Source: a bacterium
Lineage (GTDB): Bacteria; Patescibacteriota; Patescibacteriia; JAHIZJ01
Assembly: GCA_030699685.1 (NCBI GenBank)
Contig: JAUYLJ010000068.1
Coordinates: 8,947 to 72,946 of the forward strand
Reading direction: 5' to 3'
Length of the DNA stretch: 64,000 bases
Positions 9,723-16,983 of this stretch are shown here, in pieces. The notes below the pieces were generated by a model. It saw nothing but the letters and a program-made list of their open reading frames with translations. It did no database searches and had not been told where the DNA came from. The number at the start of each line of letters is the position of its first letter. Position 1 is the first letter of the stretch. Both the position numbers and the translations under genes were made by a program.

Positions 9723-9990
9723 GAGGGGTGTCTCAGGCAGACTGCCACCGCCACATCATTTTCTTTAATAATAATGGAGGCGGGGTGCCGCTAGAAAGCG
9801 GCATAAATCTGTTGGCTTCGGCCTTCGCGGCTTCTTCCGTATCGATGGCGAAATCCCGCTAGCATTTCAAAAATAAATTGTATAGCGCAGGGGGATCATA
9901 CCAGGTTCACCAGTTAGAAAATGTATTTGTTGGCTCGCCAGCCGATTTTAAGTGCGAAATGAAACGATTGGGAATAAATATAGAAACGTG
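9719..9990 (+). repeat. direct repeat copy 1 (tRNA-Tyr 3' end/downstream motif plus ~200 bp), repeated at 14424..14640
   Basis: The CCAGAGGGGTGT segment is followed by GCGGCATAAATCTG(T/C)TGGC(T/C)TCGGCCTTCGCGG..CGTATCGATGGCGAAATC...CCAGG(T/C)TCACCAGTTAGAAAA...TTGGCTCGCCAGCCGATTTTAAG...AATAAATATAGAAACGTGGAC. Both copies share this, and copy 1 has a ~55 bp extra insert. Confidence 0.8.
9770..9870 (+). pseudogene. degenerate partial tRNA-Tyr-like segment (anticodon arm and variable arm remnant) inside the direct repeat
   Basis: GCGGCATAAATCTGTTGGCTTCGGCCTTCGCGG parallels GGCAGACTGTAAATCTGCTGGCCTCGGCCTTCGTAGG of the intact tRNA-Tyr. The spacer motif TAATAATAATG(A/G)AGGC(A/G)(A/G)GGTGCCGCTAG is also duplicated, at ~9555 and ~9765. 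Confidence 0.5.
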
Positions 9991-10094
9991 GACACATAAA
10001 TTCTTGGTAATTAGTTTGAAACGTAACCAAAATAGATTGTGATAAAGAGTTTGAATAAATTGTCGTTTCGATGGTTAAATCGGTATTCTACTTC

Positions 10095-10355
10095 TTTACC
10101 TTAAAAAATCCGCGCGCGCAAAAAGAGAATAGGCAATTTTTCTGCTTGGCTTCGTGCTGACGCACGGGCGGTGGAGCTTCAATAAGGACGAGGCAAAACA
10201 AAAACTATTTTTGCGGGAGAAGGTGATTTTGCTTTGCCTCAACTCTTTTTTGTTGGCAGGATTTTTTTATCCGCCGCGCAGGAGGGTGCGGGAGGAATGC
10301 GCGGCAGATTATTTGCCGTTTGCTTTACGAAAACGGCCATTTATGTCAGGGTAAT
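10095..10355 (+). promoter_or_regulatory. left arm of a ~200-250 bp inverted repeat, immediately upstream of the TruD-like gene; contains a near-palindromic core
   Basis: Reverse complement of 14140..14345 with one ~95 bp indel. The shared core is GGAGGGTGCGGGAGGAATGCGCGGCAGATTATTTGCCGTTTGCTTTACGAAAACGGC(C/T)ATTTATGTCAGGGTA, which includes CGGCAGATTATTTGCCG. Confidence 0.75.
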
Positions 10356-10358
10356 ACC

Positions 10359-11408
10359 ATGACACGCTCAAAACAGTGCAACTATAAACTTAAATGCATC
10401 AATGATGATTTTCAAGTGACGGAAGTACCCTTGATGCCTACTTTAACTTTAAAGCGACCGCGTCGCTTTACTTATATTTGGATTCAAAAAACTGGATTCA
10501 CTACTTTTGATATTATCGAGCAGATAAAAGATTTTTTTAAGTTATCGTTCAGCGATGTATCCAGTCAGGGATTAAAAGACGAGGATGCTATCACAGAGCA
10601 ACTCATCTCAATAAAGAAAATTATAAAAAATGACGACATCATAGCTTTTAATAAGAAAAGCAAGTCCAAAAAGAATTTTTGCCATATTAAGCATATCGTT
10701 GGTTATGGAAATGAGGCTGTAAAGAAAAGAATGCTCCACGGAAATTCGTTTAGAATTGTCATTAGAAATCTGGATAAAACAATCTCCAATACTTTTTTAA
10801 GTTATATCTCTAGCCAAAGACATTATTATTTTATCAACTACTATGATAATCAACGATTTGGAATGCCTAGCGGTCCATACAATACGCATTTGATTGGTAG
10901 GGCTATCGTAGAAAATAAATGGAAGGACGCCTATAAACATCTCAAAAATTCAAATAACTCTCTTCCTAAAATTACAACGAAACTTGAAAGTACCTCCGAC
11001 TTCAAGGAGATATTTCGATTGCTGAACCCAAGGAAGGTTTCTTTTTTTGTTTCTGCTTACAATAGTTTTCTTTGGAATAGTCATGCATCTTCTGTCGTCA
11101 GAAAATATACTAAAAGCAAAAAACATATTTTCGAAAATGTCGGATATCTGTACATACCAACAGCATCTTCATTTCTGTGTCCAAATATCTGCGAGGTGGA
11201 TGGCTATGAATTTCTTGCAAAGAACTTCACAATCGCACTAAAGAAAAATAGTAGAAACCTTGTTGTTGCAACTACGATATATGCTGATGATTTAGAAAAA
11301 GACGGGCTACATAAGGGAAGGTGGAAATTAACTCTTTCTTTTTTCTTGCCAACTGGTAGTTATGCCACCATGATAGTTAAGCAAATCTTCTTGAGATTAA
11401 GTAAATAG
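10359..11408 (+). CDS. truD: TruD-family tRNA pseudouridine synthase
   Basis: N-terminal KCINDDFQVTEV matches KANPEDFVVVE of TruD. Catalytic-Asp motif QGLKDEDAITEQ (compare GxKDxHAVTxQ). INYYDNQRFG (compare NYFGxQRFG). C-terminal LPTGSYATMIVKQIF (compare LPAGSFATSVVRELI). Start moved to ATG 10359 because the track start lies inside the inverted repeat. The gene is markedly AT-rich relative to its flanks. Confidence 0.8.
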   Translation: MTRSKQCNYKLKCINDDFQVTEVPLMPTLTLKRPRRFTYIWIQKTGFTTFDIIEQIKDFFKLSFSDVSSQGLKDEDAITEQLISIKKIIKNDDIIAFNKKSKSKKNFCHIKHIVGYGNEAVKKRMLHGNSFRIVIRNLDKTISNTFLSYISSQRHYYFINYYDNQRFGMPSGPYNTHLIGRAIVENKWKDAYKHLKNSNNSLPKITTKLESTSDFKEIFRLLNPRKVSFFVSAYNSFLWNSHASSVVRKYTKSKKHIFENVGYLYIPTASSFLCPNICEVDGYEFLAKNFTIALKKNSRNLVVATTIYADDLEKDGLHKGRWKLTLSFFLPTGSYATMIVKQIFLRLSK

Positions 11409-11419
11409 ATTCTTATCTT

Positions 11420-12037
11420 ATGAATAAAAATATTGAAATAGAAATACGAGGACCATTGTCGAAAGAAAAATTCAATAAACTAGAGAGTTTTCTTAACGAA
11501 AAAGGTAGGAAGTTAATTGAAAAAAACAGAGTTTTAATTGACTACTCAACTTTTTTAGATGGGGGTATTGAAGATAGAAAAAAAGATATACGCCTGCGCG
11601 TCACTAACGGTGTCCCTGAAATAATAGTGAAAATCGGACAATGGGGCGGGACAGATCAACGAAAAGAGCTTTCGGTTTTAACTAATCCAAGCAGTTTTGA
11701 CACACTCGTCGAAATTTTTGGCGAACTTGGGCTGAAAAAAGGGATGCTATGCGTACGCAGGAGTAAAATCTATGAATATCAAGGAATAGAATTTGCGCTG
11801 GTTGAGGTTCCCAATCATAGCTATTATTACGAGGCAGAAAAAATGGCACATGAAGGCGAAAATCCTGAACAAATAACAAAGGACATAACAAAGGTATGTC
11901 GAGCTTTGCAACTTGAGATATTCGACAAAAAAACATTTTTTGAATATATCCAACGACTGAACAAAGAAGCAAATGAGGTATTTGACTACACTACTTCATT
12001 TAGGCCGAATTACTTCAAAAATAGATTTGGGCTATAA
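11420..12037 (+). CDS. CYTH-domain (triphosphate tunnel metalloenzyme / class IV adenylyl cyclase-like) protein
   Basis: N-terminal EIEIRG..., alternating charged beta-strand pattern (DIRLRV, EIIVKIGQWGG, FALVEVPN), about 200 aa. AT-rich and co-directional with truD (12 bp gap). Confidence 0.5.
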   Translation: MNKNIEIEIRGPLSKEKFNKLESFLNEKGRKLIEKNRVLIDYSTFLDGGIEDRKKDIRLRVTNGVPEIIVKIGQWGGTDQRKELSVLTNPSSFDTLVEIFGELGLKKGMLCVRRSKIYEYQGIEFALVEVPNHSYYYEAEKMAHEGENPEQITKDITKVCRALQLEIFDKKTFFEYIQRLNKEANEVFDYTTSFRPNYFKNRFGL

Positions 12038-12095
12038 CTCAAAAGAAAAAACGGGTGGAGAGTTTTCTGAACTCGCCACCCGTGTGTGTTTGCCG

Positions 12096-12341
12096 TTATC
12101 CATGATGACCCCTCACAAAGACTTTCCCTCGGATTATCTTATGGGCAGGCCTGTTATGAATAATGGCGTGTCGGGCGAACTTTTGACCGCAACTGGGGCA
12201 CTTGAGAGCACCATTTGTGCAATCCGACATGATCATATCGGCGTAACACTTTATGAGCGTCCCCCCGCCCTCTTTTTTGTAGCGGTAAAGCAGACCTGTG
12301 CATTTAGCGCAATGCACGGCAATCGTGTATGTTTTTCCCAC
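12096..12341 (-). CDS. small zinc-ribbon protein, likely last gene of the minus-strand operon
   Basis: CAKCTG...CPSCGQ (CxxC-x-CxxC). GTG start preceded by AAGGAG 7 nt upstream, and 12 bp after the PreA-like stop. Confidence 0.45.
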   Translation of the reverse strand: MGKTYTIAVHCAKCTGLLYRYKKEGGGTLIKCYADMIMSDCTNGALKCPSCGQKFARHAIIHNRPAHKIIRGKVFVRGHHG

Positions 12342-12353
12342 GTTCTTCTCCTT

Positions 12354-13499
12354 TCAGAAAGATGCCTTTATGGCATCAAATTTGGGAGGACATACTCCGA
12401 CACACGCGTTGCAAGAAATGCAGTTGTCGGCGATTACAGCGAGCGGCTTCCTGTTAGCACGACGAAGCATCGTCAGGGCATCAAAAGCGCAGGATTGAAC
12501 GCAGATTCCGCAACCAGTGCACTTCTCTTCGATTACGACCGGACATGGTGACGAAAAACGATGTTCGCGTGTCTTTTCAAGTGTGAGTCCGATCAGATCC
12601 TCAATCGAGTCGTACTGAGGATTCTCCGCGAGAAACCTCCCCAGTCCTGCCGTTATGCGCTTGAAGACAACCGGACCCTTCAGTGCTGGCGCGGTGTAAA
12701 GTTGCACTGCTCTTGCGCCTGCCATCAACATCTGGACAACGTCGTCAGCCGTGAAGATTCCACCACATCCGACGATCGGAATGGTAAGATTCTGCGAAAG
12801 TTGATGTACACACCACAGAGCAATCGGGAAAATCGCTTTTCCAGACACTCCGCCGCCGCCACCCTTAATACCGAGCTTGGGTTTGGCGGTTTTGGTGTCG
12901 ATCAACATTCCGGGACCGATACTATTCGTGCAGACGATGGCGTCAGCGCCTAACTCTTGGGCGCGCTGAGCCATAGAGAGTAGCAGGTTCGAGTATGACA
13001 ACTTGATCCAGATGGGCGTCTTTGTAACGCCCCGCACCTTCTTCATTAGTTGTTCCAGATGAAGCTCGTCAACATTCAAGTTGCCGTGCAGTGCGCCTGA
13101 GTGCGAGCAGGAAATGTTGATCTCGTAGGCATCAACATCAAGCTCGTCAAAGGTCTGGATCAAATAGCAACAACTCTCGAGGTCGCGACCAGAAAGAGAA
13201 ACGATGATCGGACAGCCAGCGTCTTGCACATGGCGCACTCCACTGTCTCGCCACTCTGTCCACGGTTTCTCGTTTCCCCATTCGCAGTTAAGCATGTTGT
13301 CTTGTCCGAAAACCGCGTAACGCGGGACGGTAATTCTCGAACGCTCCGGCGGAACGCGTTGCTTGAGCGAACGGGTGACTATCCCCGAACAGCCGTATGG
13401 TTGAGCTCTCATGAAGAACTCTGGCGTTTCGGTAATGTATCCTGATGCCAACAAGAGCGGTGTCTGGAGACTTACACTTCCTACTTGCGTCCTGAGCAT
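12354..13499 (-). CDS. dihydropyrimidine dehydrogenase subunit PreA-like / DHODH-family flavoprotein with C-terminal 2x[4Fe-4S] ferredoxin domain
   Basis: TIM-barrel DHOD/DPD motifs: active-site EINISCSHSG (compare ELNLSCPHG of DPD/PreA), GIKGGGGGVSGKAIFPIAL, VGCGGIFTADDVVQMLMAGARAVQLYTA. C-terminal CTGCGICVQSC...CISCNACVGVCP. No PreT partner is visible. Confidence 0.7.
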   Translation of the reverse strand: MLRTQVGSVSLQTPLLLASGYITETPEFFMRAQPYGCSGIVTRSLKQRVPPERSRITVPRYAVFGQDNMLNCEWGNEKPWTEWRDSGVRHVQDAGCPIIVSLSGRDLESCCYLIQTFDELDVDAYEINISCSHSGALHGNLNVDELHLEQLMKKVRGVTKTPIWIKLSYSNLLLSMAQRAQELGADAIVCTNSIGPGMLIDTKTAKPKLGIKGGGGGVSGKAIFPIALWCVHQLSQNLTIPIVGCGGIFTADDVVQMLMAGARAVQLYTAPALKGPVVFKRITAGLGRFLAENPQYDSIEDLIGLTLEKTREHRFSSPCPVVIEEKCTGCGICVQSCAFDALTMLRRANRKPLAVIADNCISCNACVGVCPPKFDAIKASF

Positions 13500-13501
13500 G
13501 G

Positions 13502-14071
13502 CTATCCTCCTTTCTGTAGATGTGGCGCTAAAATCGCGAGCACTTCCTTAAACACCATGCGTTCTGTCGCTTCGGAGATTTCAACCACCGAGGTAAACAG
13601 TGATCTTTGCCGCAGGATTGTCCTGATCTCGTCATCGGCTGCCGCAACTCTTTTTTCTATCTCTGCAGAGCTTTCTGTCTTTCGTATGATAGCAAGCCTT
13701 TTGTGAAGCAGAGGTAGTTCAGAGGTAACGAAACCGATAGTGATGACTGCAGGATTGATTCTGAGCGCTTCCGAAACATTGTTCGGGTGCAACTCAGTCA
13801 ATCTGATATCTGTGGTTGGAAACAAATCCTTCCCCCTAAGGCCATAGCGATGGCCAAAGAGGTCTTGAACCAACACCAATTCACCAATATCAGCCCTCCG
13901 ATTGAACTCAGAAACTGAAACAGGGATTCTGTTTCCTCTACCCTGTTCGTCTGGTCGCAGGGGGCGGGTAGTAAACCATGTCAGTTCCTGAATGTATGGG
14001 TGAAGCTGCAATAGCCGTTCCTTGACGTATCCCTTACCGATTCCGGAAGGGCCGCTGAAAGCGATTATCAT
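13502..14071 (-). CDS. divergent guanylate-kinase-like P-loop nucleoside monophosphate kinase
   Basis: P-loop IAFSGPSGIGKGY and FTTRPLRPDEQGRGNRIPVSVSEF resemble Gmk (GPSGVGKGT; TTRxPRxGExxGxDYxF). The conserved GMP-contacting Tyr context is altered. Stop abuts the PreA-like start (operon). Confidence 0.6.
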   Translation of the reverse strand: MIIAFSGPSGIGKGYVKERLLQLHPYIQELTWFTTRPLRPDEQGRGNRIPVSVSEFNRRADIGELVLVQDLFGHRYGLRGKDLFPTTDIRLTELHPNNVSEALRINPAVITIGFVTSELPLLHKRLAIIRKTESSAEIEKRVAAADDEIRTILRQRSLFTSVVEISEATERMVFKEVLAILAPHLQKGG

Positions 14072-14139
14072 CGTACCCCTCCTTTCGTTCGTTTGTGAAA
14101 GAACTTTTCCTAATTCTTAGGAGCATCCTAAGAATTATA

Positions 14140-14345
14140 TTACCCTGACATAAATAGCCGTTTTCGTAAAGCAAACGGCAAATAATCTGCCGCGCATTCC
14201 TCCCGCACCCTCCTGATTGAAGCTCCGCCGCCAGCGTGAAGCCGAGCAGAAAAATTGCCTATTCTTTTTTTGTTTTTGCGCGCGCCGATTTTATCCTTAA
14301 AGGAAAGACAATTTTTCTGCGAGGCAGTGTCATTTGGCAGCACGG
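14140..14345 (-). promoter_or_regulatory. right arm of the inverted repeat, immediately upstream of the Gmk-like/PreA-like operon
   Basis: Reverse complement of the 10095..10355 core, including the CGGCAGATTATTTGCCG near-palindrome. The 66-67 aa ORFs the track places in both arms share an identical 23-aa C-terminus simply because of the repeat. Confidence 0.75.
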
Positions 14346-14423
14346 TAGCGGGGCTGAGTGAATTGGATTTTTTCAGAAATTTCTGCTAAAATGGTTTCTA
14401 ACGTGGTTGCAAGGCCACACCAG

Positions 14424-14640
14424 AGGGGTGTTCACTCACTCTAACGCGGCATAAATCTGCTGGCCTCGGCCTTCGCGGGTTCTTCCGTATCGATGGCGAA
14501 ATCTCGTTAACATTTCGAACATAAGTTGTATAGTGCAGGGGAATCCTACCAGGCTCACCAGTTAGAAAAAATGTCTTTGTTGGCTCGCCAGCCGATTTTA
14601 AGCGCACAACGAAACCATTGGCAATAAATATAGAAACGTG
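14424..14640 (+). repeat. direct repeat copy 2 (att-like; begins with CACACCAGAGGGGTGT resembling the tRNA-Tyr 3' end plus downstream)
   Basis: See copy 1. About 85-90% identity by eye over ~200 bp. Confidence 0.8.
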
Positions 14641-14685
14641 GACGCACCATTCTTAAATAATTAATTAAACACTTAATAAAACATC

Positions 14686-16071
14686 ATGCGAAAAAGACCA
14701 ACATGTATTTCTTTGTTAGTCACACTTTTTAGCATCTGTATATTTTATGTTCTTACTGGACCGGCTCAGGCGAGAGTAGCGTTAACTGAAGGCGAGTTTG
14801 TGGTTCTTGGGGACGACCTTTCACTAGGAGACGTTTATAACCAAATGTTGTTTCAGGATATGGTTTTTGAAATTGATGATCTGGGTAAGGCAAAAGGAAC
14901 AGCCAACGTATCTTTTACCGACTTAGATTTGAAGGGCGCGCTTCGTACCGGAACCCTTACTCTTAATTTAGAGGGGAATTATGATACCAAAGAAAACAGT
15001 TTGAGTGGAACATTCTTAGTCAAATTTACAAGTTCAATGGTTGACGAACCACCCCCACCGCTCCTCTCGTATTATGGCAATAATGAATATACTTTTGACG
15101 GTACTATTTCCGGTGGTTGGTCATCGAAAGAAAGTGCCTTTGAAATCTTTTTCAATGGGACAGCGCATTCGGTTGGTAAAACCTGGAACGGTAATGGTAA
15201 AGAGGAAGAACAGGATACAACAACAGAATGGCACAATAAAGCTGTATTTAGGGAGGACTTCTGCGCTAGCTTACTTGCCCGGGCAGAAAGTAAACCAAAG
15301 TGGAAATTAATTCAAACCGCGCAAGCGAAAGATTCAGGCGCGCGTTTCGCGGCATTTTCAGGCGAGGTTTTAATTGCTCCTCAAGACGATCTTGATGACG
15401 AACGAGCAGCTGAAGACGATATGGTCCTAGAAGAAGGCGATATAGTTACAACTGGTGGAGATAGTTGCGCGATGATCAGCTACGCCGATGGGAGCACGTT
15501 TATTATGAAAGCGCGTTCCAAGGTAATCTTAGCGGCTGCTCCGGAAAGACAAAGCCAATTAGAATTAGTCGCGGGAAATATCTTGGTCAATCTGAAACAT
15601 ATCTACGAAACCGGCCAATTGGAAGTAACTATGAATGATGCGATTGCCGGCACCAAAGGCACGACTTTTGTTGCTTCTGAGGACGGAACCAATTCTACCC
15701 TCAAAGTTATTGAAGGGTTAATGTATTTTCGATCGCTAGCGACCGGTCAAGAAATCGATGTTGGATCCGGCGAGATGGTTTCAGCTGATTCCGATGGAAT
15801 GACTGAAAAAACCGCTTTTGACACTGAGACCGAATCCAGCTCTTGGGAAAAAATTCAAGGAAATTTAACGCTTTTCAACACAAAGTCTGTTGCTAGCGAC
15901 GAGTCGCCGGTAGAACCATCTTCCCAAGATGACACCTCAGAGCCTCAAGAAGAAATATCTTCTGAAGCGGAAGAACCAAAATCTAAGGGAACATTATTTG
16001 CAATACTGTCATCTCTTGTCGTGCTAGTTGTACTAGGATTTTTGGGAATAAAGTTTGCTAGAAGGAAATGA
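14686..16071 (+). CDS. hypothetical secreted protein with N-terminal signal peptide, acidic linkers and C-terminal TM anchor (possible FecR-like beta domain)
   Basis: Hydrophobic N-terminus (LLVTLFSICIFYVLTGPAQA), central DGSTFIMKARSKVILAA...GTKGTTFVASEDG reminiscent of FecR-type domains, and C-terminal LFAILSSLVVLVVLGFLGIKFARRK. Confidence 0.4.
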   Translation: MRKRPTCISLLVTLFSICIFYVLTGPAQARVALTEGEFVVLGDDLSLGDVYNQMLFQDMVFEIDDLGKAKGTANVSFTDLDLKGALRTGTLTLNLEGNYDTKENSLSGTFLVKFTSSMVDEPPPPLLSYYGNNEYTFDGTISGGWSSKESAFEIFFNGTAHSVGKTWNGNGKEEEQDTTTEWHNKAVFREDFCASLLARAESKPKWKLIQTAQAKDSGARFAAFSGEVLIAPQDDLDDERAAEDDMVLEEGDIVTTGGDSCAMISYADGSTFIMKARSKVILAAAPERQSQLELVAGNILVNLKHIYETGQLEVTMNDAIAGTKGTTFVASEDGTNSTLKVIEGLMYFRSLATGQEIDVGSGEMVSADSDGMTEKTAFDTETESSSWEKIQGNLTLFNTKSVASDESPVEPSSQDDTSEPQEEISSEAEEPKSKGTLFAILSSLVVLVVLGFLGIKFARRK

Positions 16072-16246
16072 AGTAGTTGTTGCCGAAAAAATAATCTATA
16101 CAGGAATTTAACGAATAGAGCCGGGCTTGTATGTAGACAGGAAATAGAAGCAAAGGAATGTATTAACTAACATTGCGTATATGGCGTGCTTCGCCGCTGG
16201 CGGGTCCGGCTAACACTTCGAAGATGAAATAGAAAAGAGCGGGAGA

Positions 16247-16300
16247 ATCCTACTCCACCCACCAGGTAGTGTTGAAATGACAGACTGCCACCGCCACAAT
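16247..16300 (+). repeat. third partial copy of the tRNA-Tyr T-arm/3' end plus downstream CAGACTGCCACCGCCACA motif
   Basis: GAATCCTACTCCACCCACCAGG aligns with GAATCCTACCCGGCCCACCAGAGG of tRNA-Tyr. The 18-nt CAGACTGCCACCGCCACA is identical to 9739..9756. Confidence 0.65.
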
Positions 16301-16330
16301 CAGTGTAGTTATAACAAAGAAGGCTTCACA
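16298..16330. terminator. stem-loop with flanking T/A runs (bidirectional terminator-like)
   Basis: AAGGCTTCACATGGTGGAAGCCTTTT: GGCTTC/GAAGCC stem followed by TTTT, at the 3' end of the 16326..16859 minus-strand gene. Confidence 0.4.
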
Positions 16331-16859
16331 TGGTGGAAGCCTTTTGGGGCGGGATGAGCACTTCAACGATGTCGAGGGGCATACGCTCGGTGCCATAGTT
16401 CACCCTGACAACGAAAGGAGTGTCCTCGTGACTCACCCCTAGGATACCGATGCCGCTTCCACGGTTGGTGATGACGACGGACTCCGGAGGAAGGCTGGAC
16501 AGGATGCCGGTAAATGCTCTTCGGCGGTCTTCGAGACTGGTGCTGAGAATAGCGGGGATCATGGTGCCGTCGGCGAAGAGAATGCAAGGCCCGTCGTCGG
16601 TGGTGACAAGCCTCTCTGACGTGCCCAAGGCGGAACTGTAGCGGTCGACGCGCAGTCCCAAGGCCCAAGCTGTTTCACGTTCAGCTCGGCCAGTAGCGCA
16701 GCAGACAACCGGCGGACAATGGGGGAGTAAGCTTCGTAGACTGGCTACTATGCTTTCCGCGCCAGGGGAAAGTCCCGGGTCCGGTCCGCTAGCGAGGAGA
16801 CCGGAAACCACCACGTAGATGATCGATTCTTCGTACATAGACCTTCTCCTTCCGGTCAC
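16326..16859 (-). CDS. hypothetical protein, strongly GC-rich relative to surroundings
   Basis: 177-aa ORF with high GC and Ala/Arg/Gly/Pro bias. No motif recognised. Sits next to the third att-like fragment. Confidence 0.35.
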   Translation of the reverse strand: MTGRRRSMYEESIIYVVVSGLLASGPDPGLSPGAESIVASLRSLLPHCPPVVCCATGRAERETAWALGLRVDRYSSALGTSERLVTTDDGPCILFADGTMIPAILSTSLEDRRRAFTGILSSLPPESVVITNRGSGIGILGVSHEDTPFVVRVNYGTERMPLDIVEVLIPPQKASTM

Positions 16860-16983
16860 AAAGGGTACCCGGATGTGTTTGTGGGCCAGAGGACGATCTC
16901 AAAAGAAACAACATAACAATGGACAAGGCAAGGTGACACGACGTGAATCGATGTCGAAAAACTGTGCTGACAGTATCAGGTAC

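Noticed and set aside
9719-9990. Possibility that the ~200 bp direct repeat is a structured ncRNA, intron or riboswitch rather than att duplication
   Set aside because: I could not recognise any known RNA family. Each copy begins with a tRNA-3'-end-like sequence, which favours integration scars. This remains untested, which is why it is listed as a check under the island finding.
10154-10354. 66-aa and 67-aa ORFs (10154..10354 + and 14140..14343 -) with identical C-terminal 23 residues
   Set aside because: They lie entirely within the two arms of the inverted repeat, so the identical C-termini are a by-product of the DNA repeat. The N-termini diverge exactly at the indel, and no RBS or motif is evident. 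I treat them as non-coding regulatory DNA. A leader peptide cannot be fully excluded.
11973-12551. 192-aa plus-strand ORF spanning the CYTH end, the zinc-ribbon gene and the preA-like 3' end
   Set aside because: It overlaps three better-supported genes on both strands and has no motif. Likely a spurious antisense ORF.
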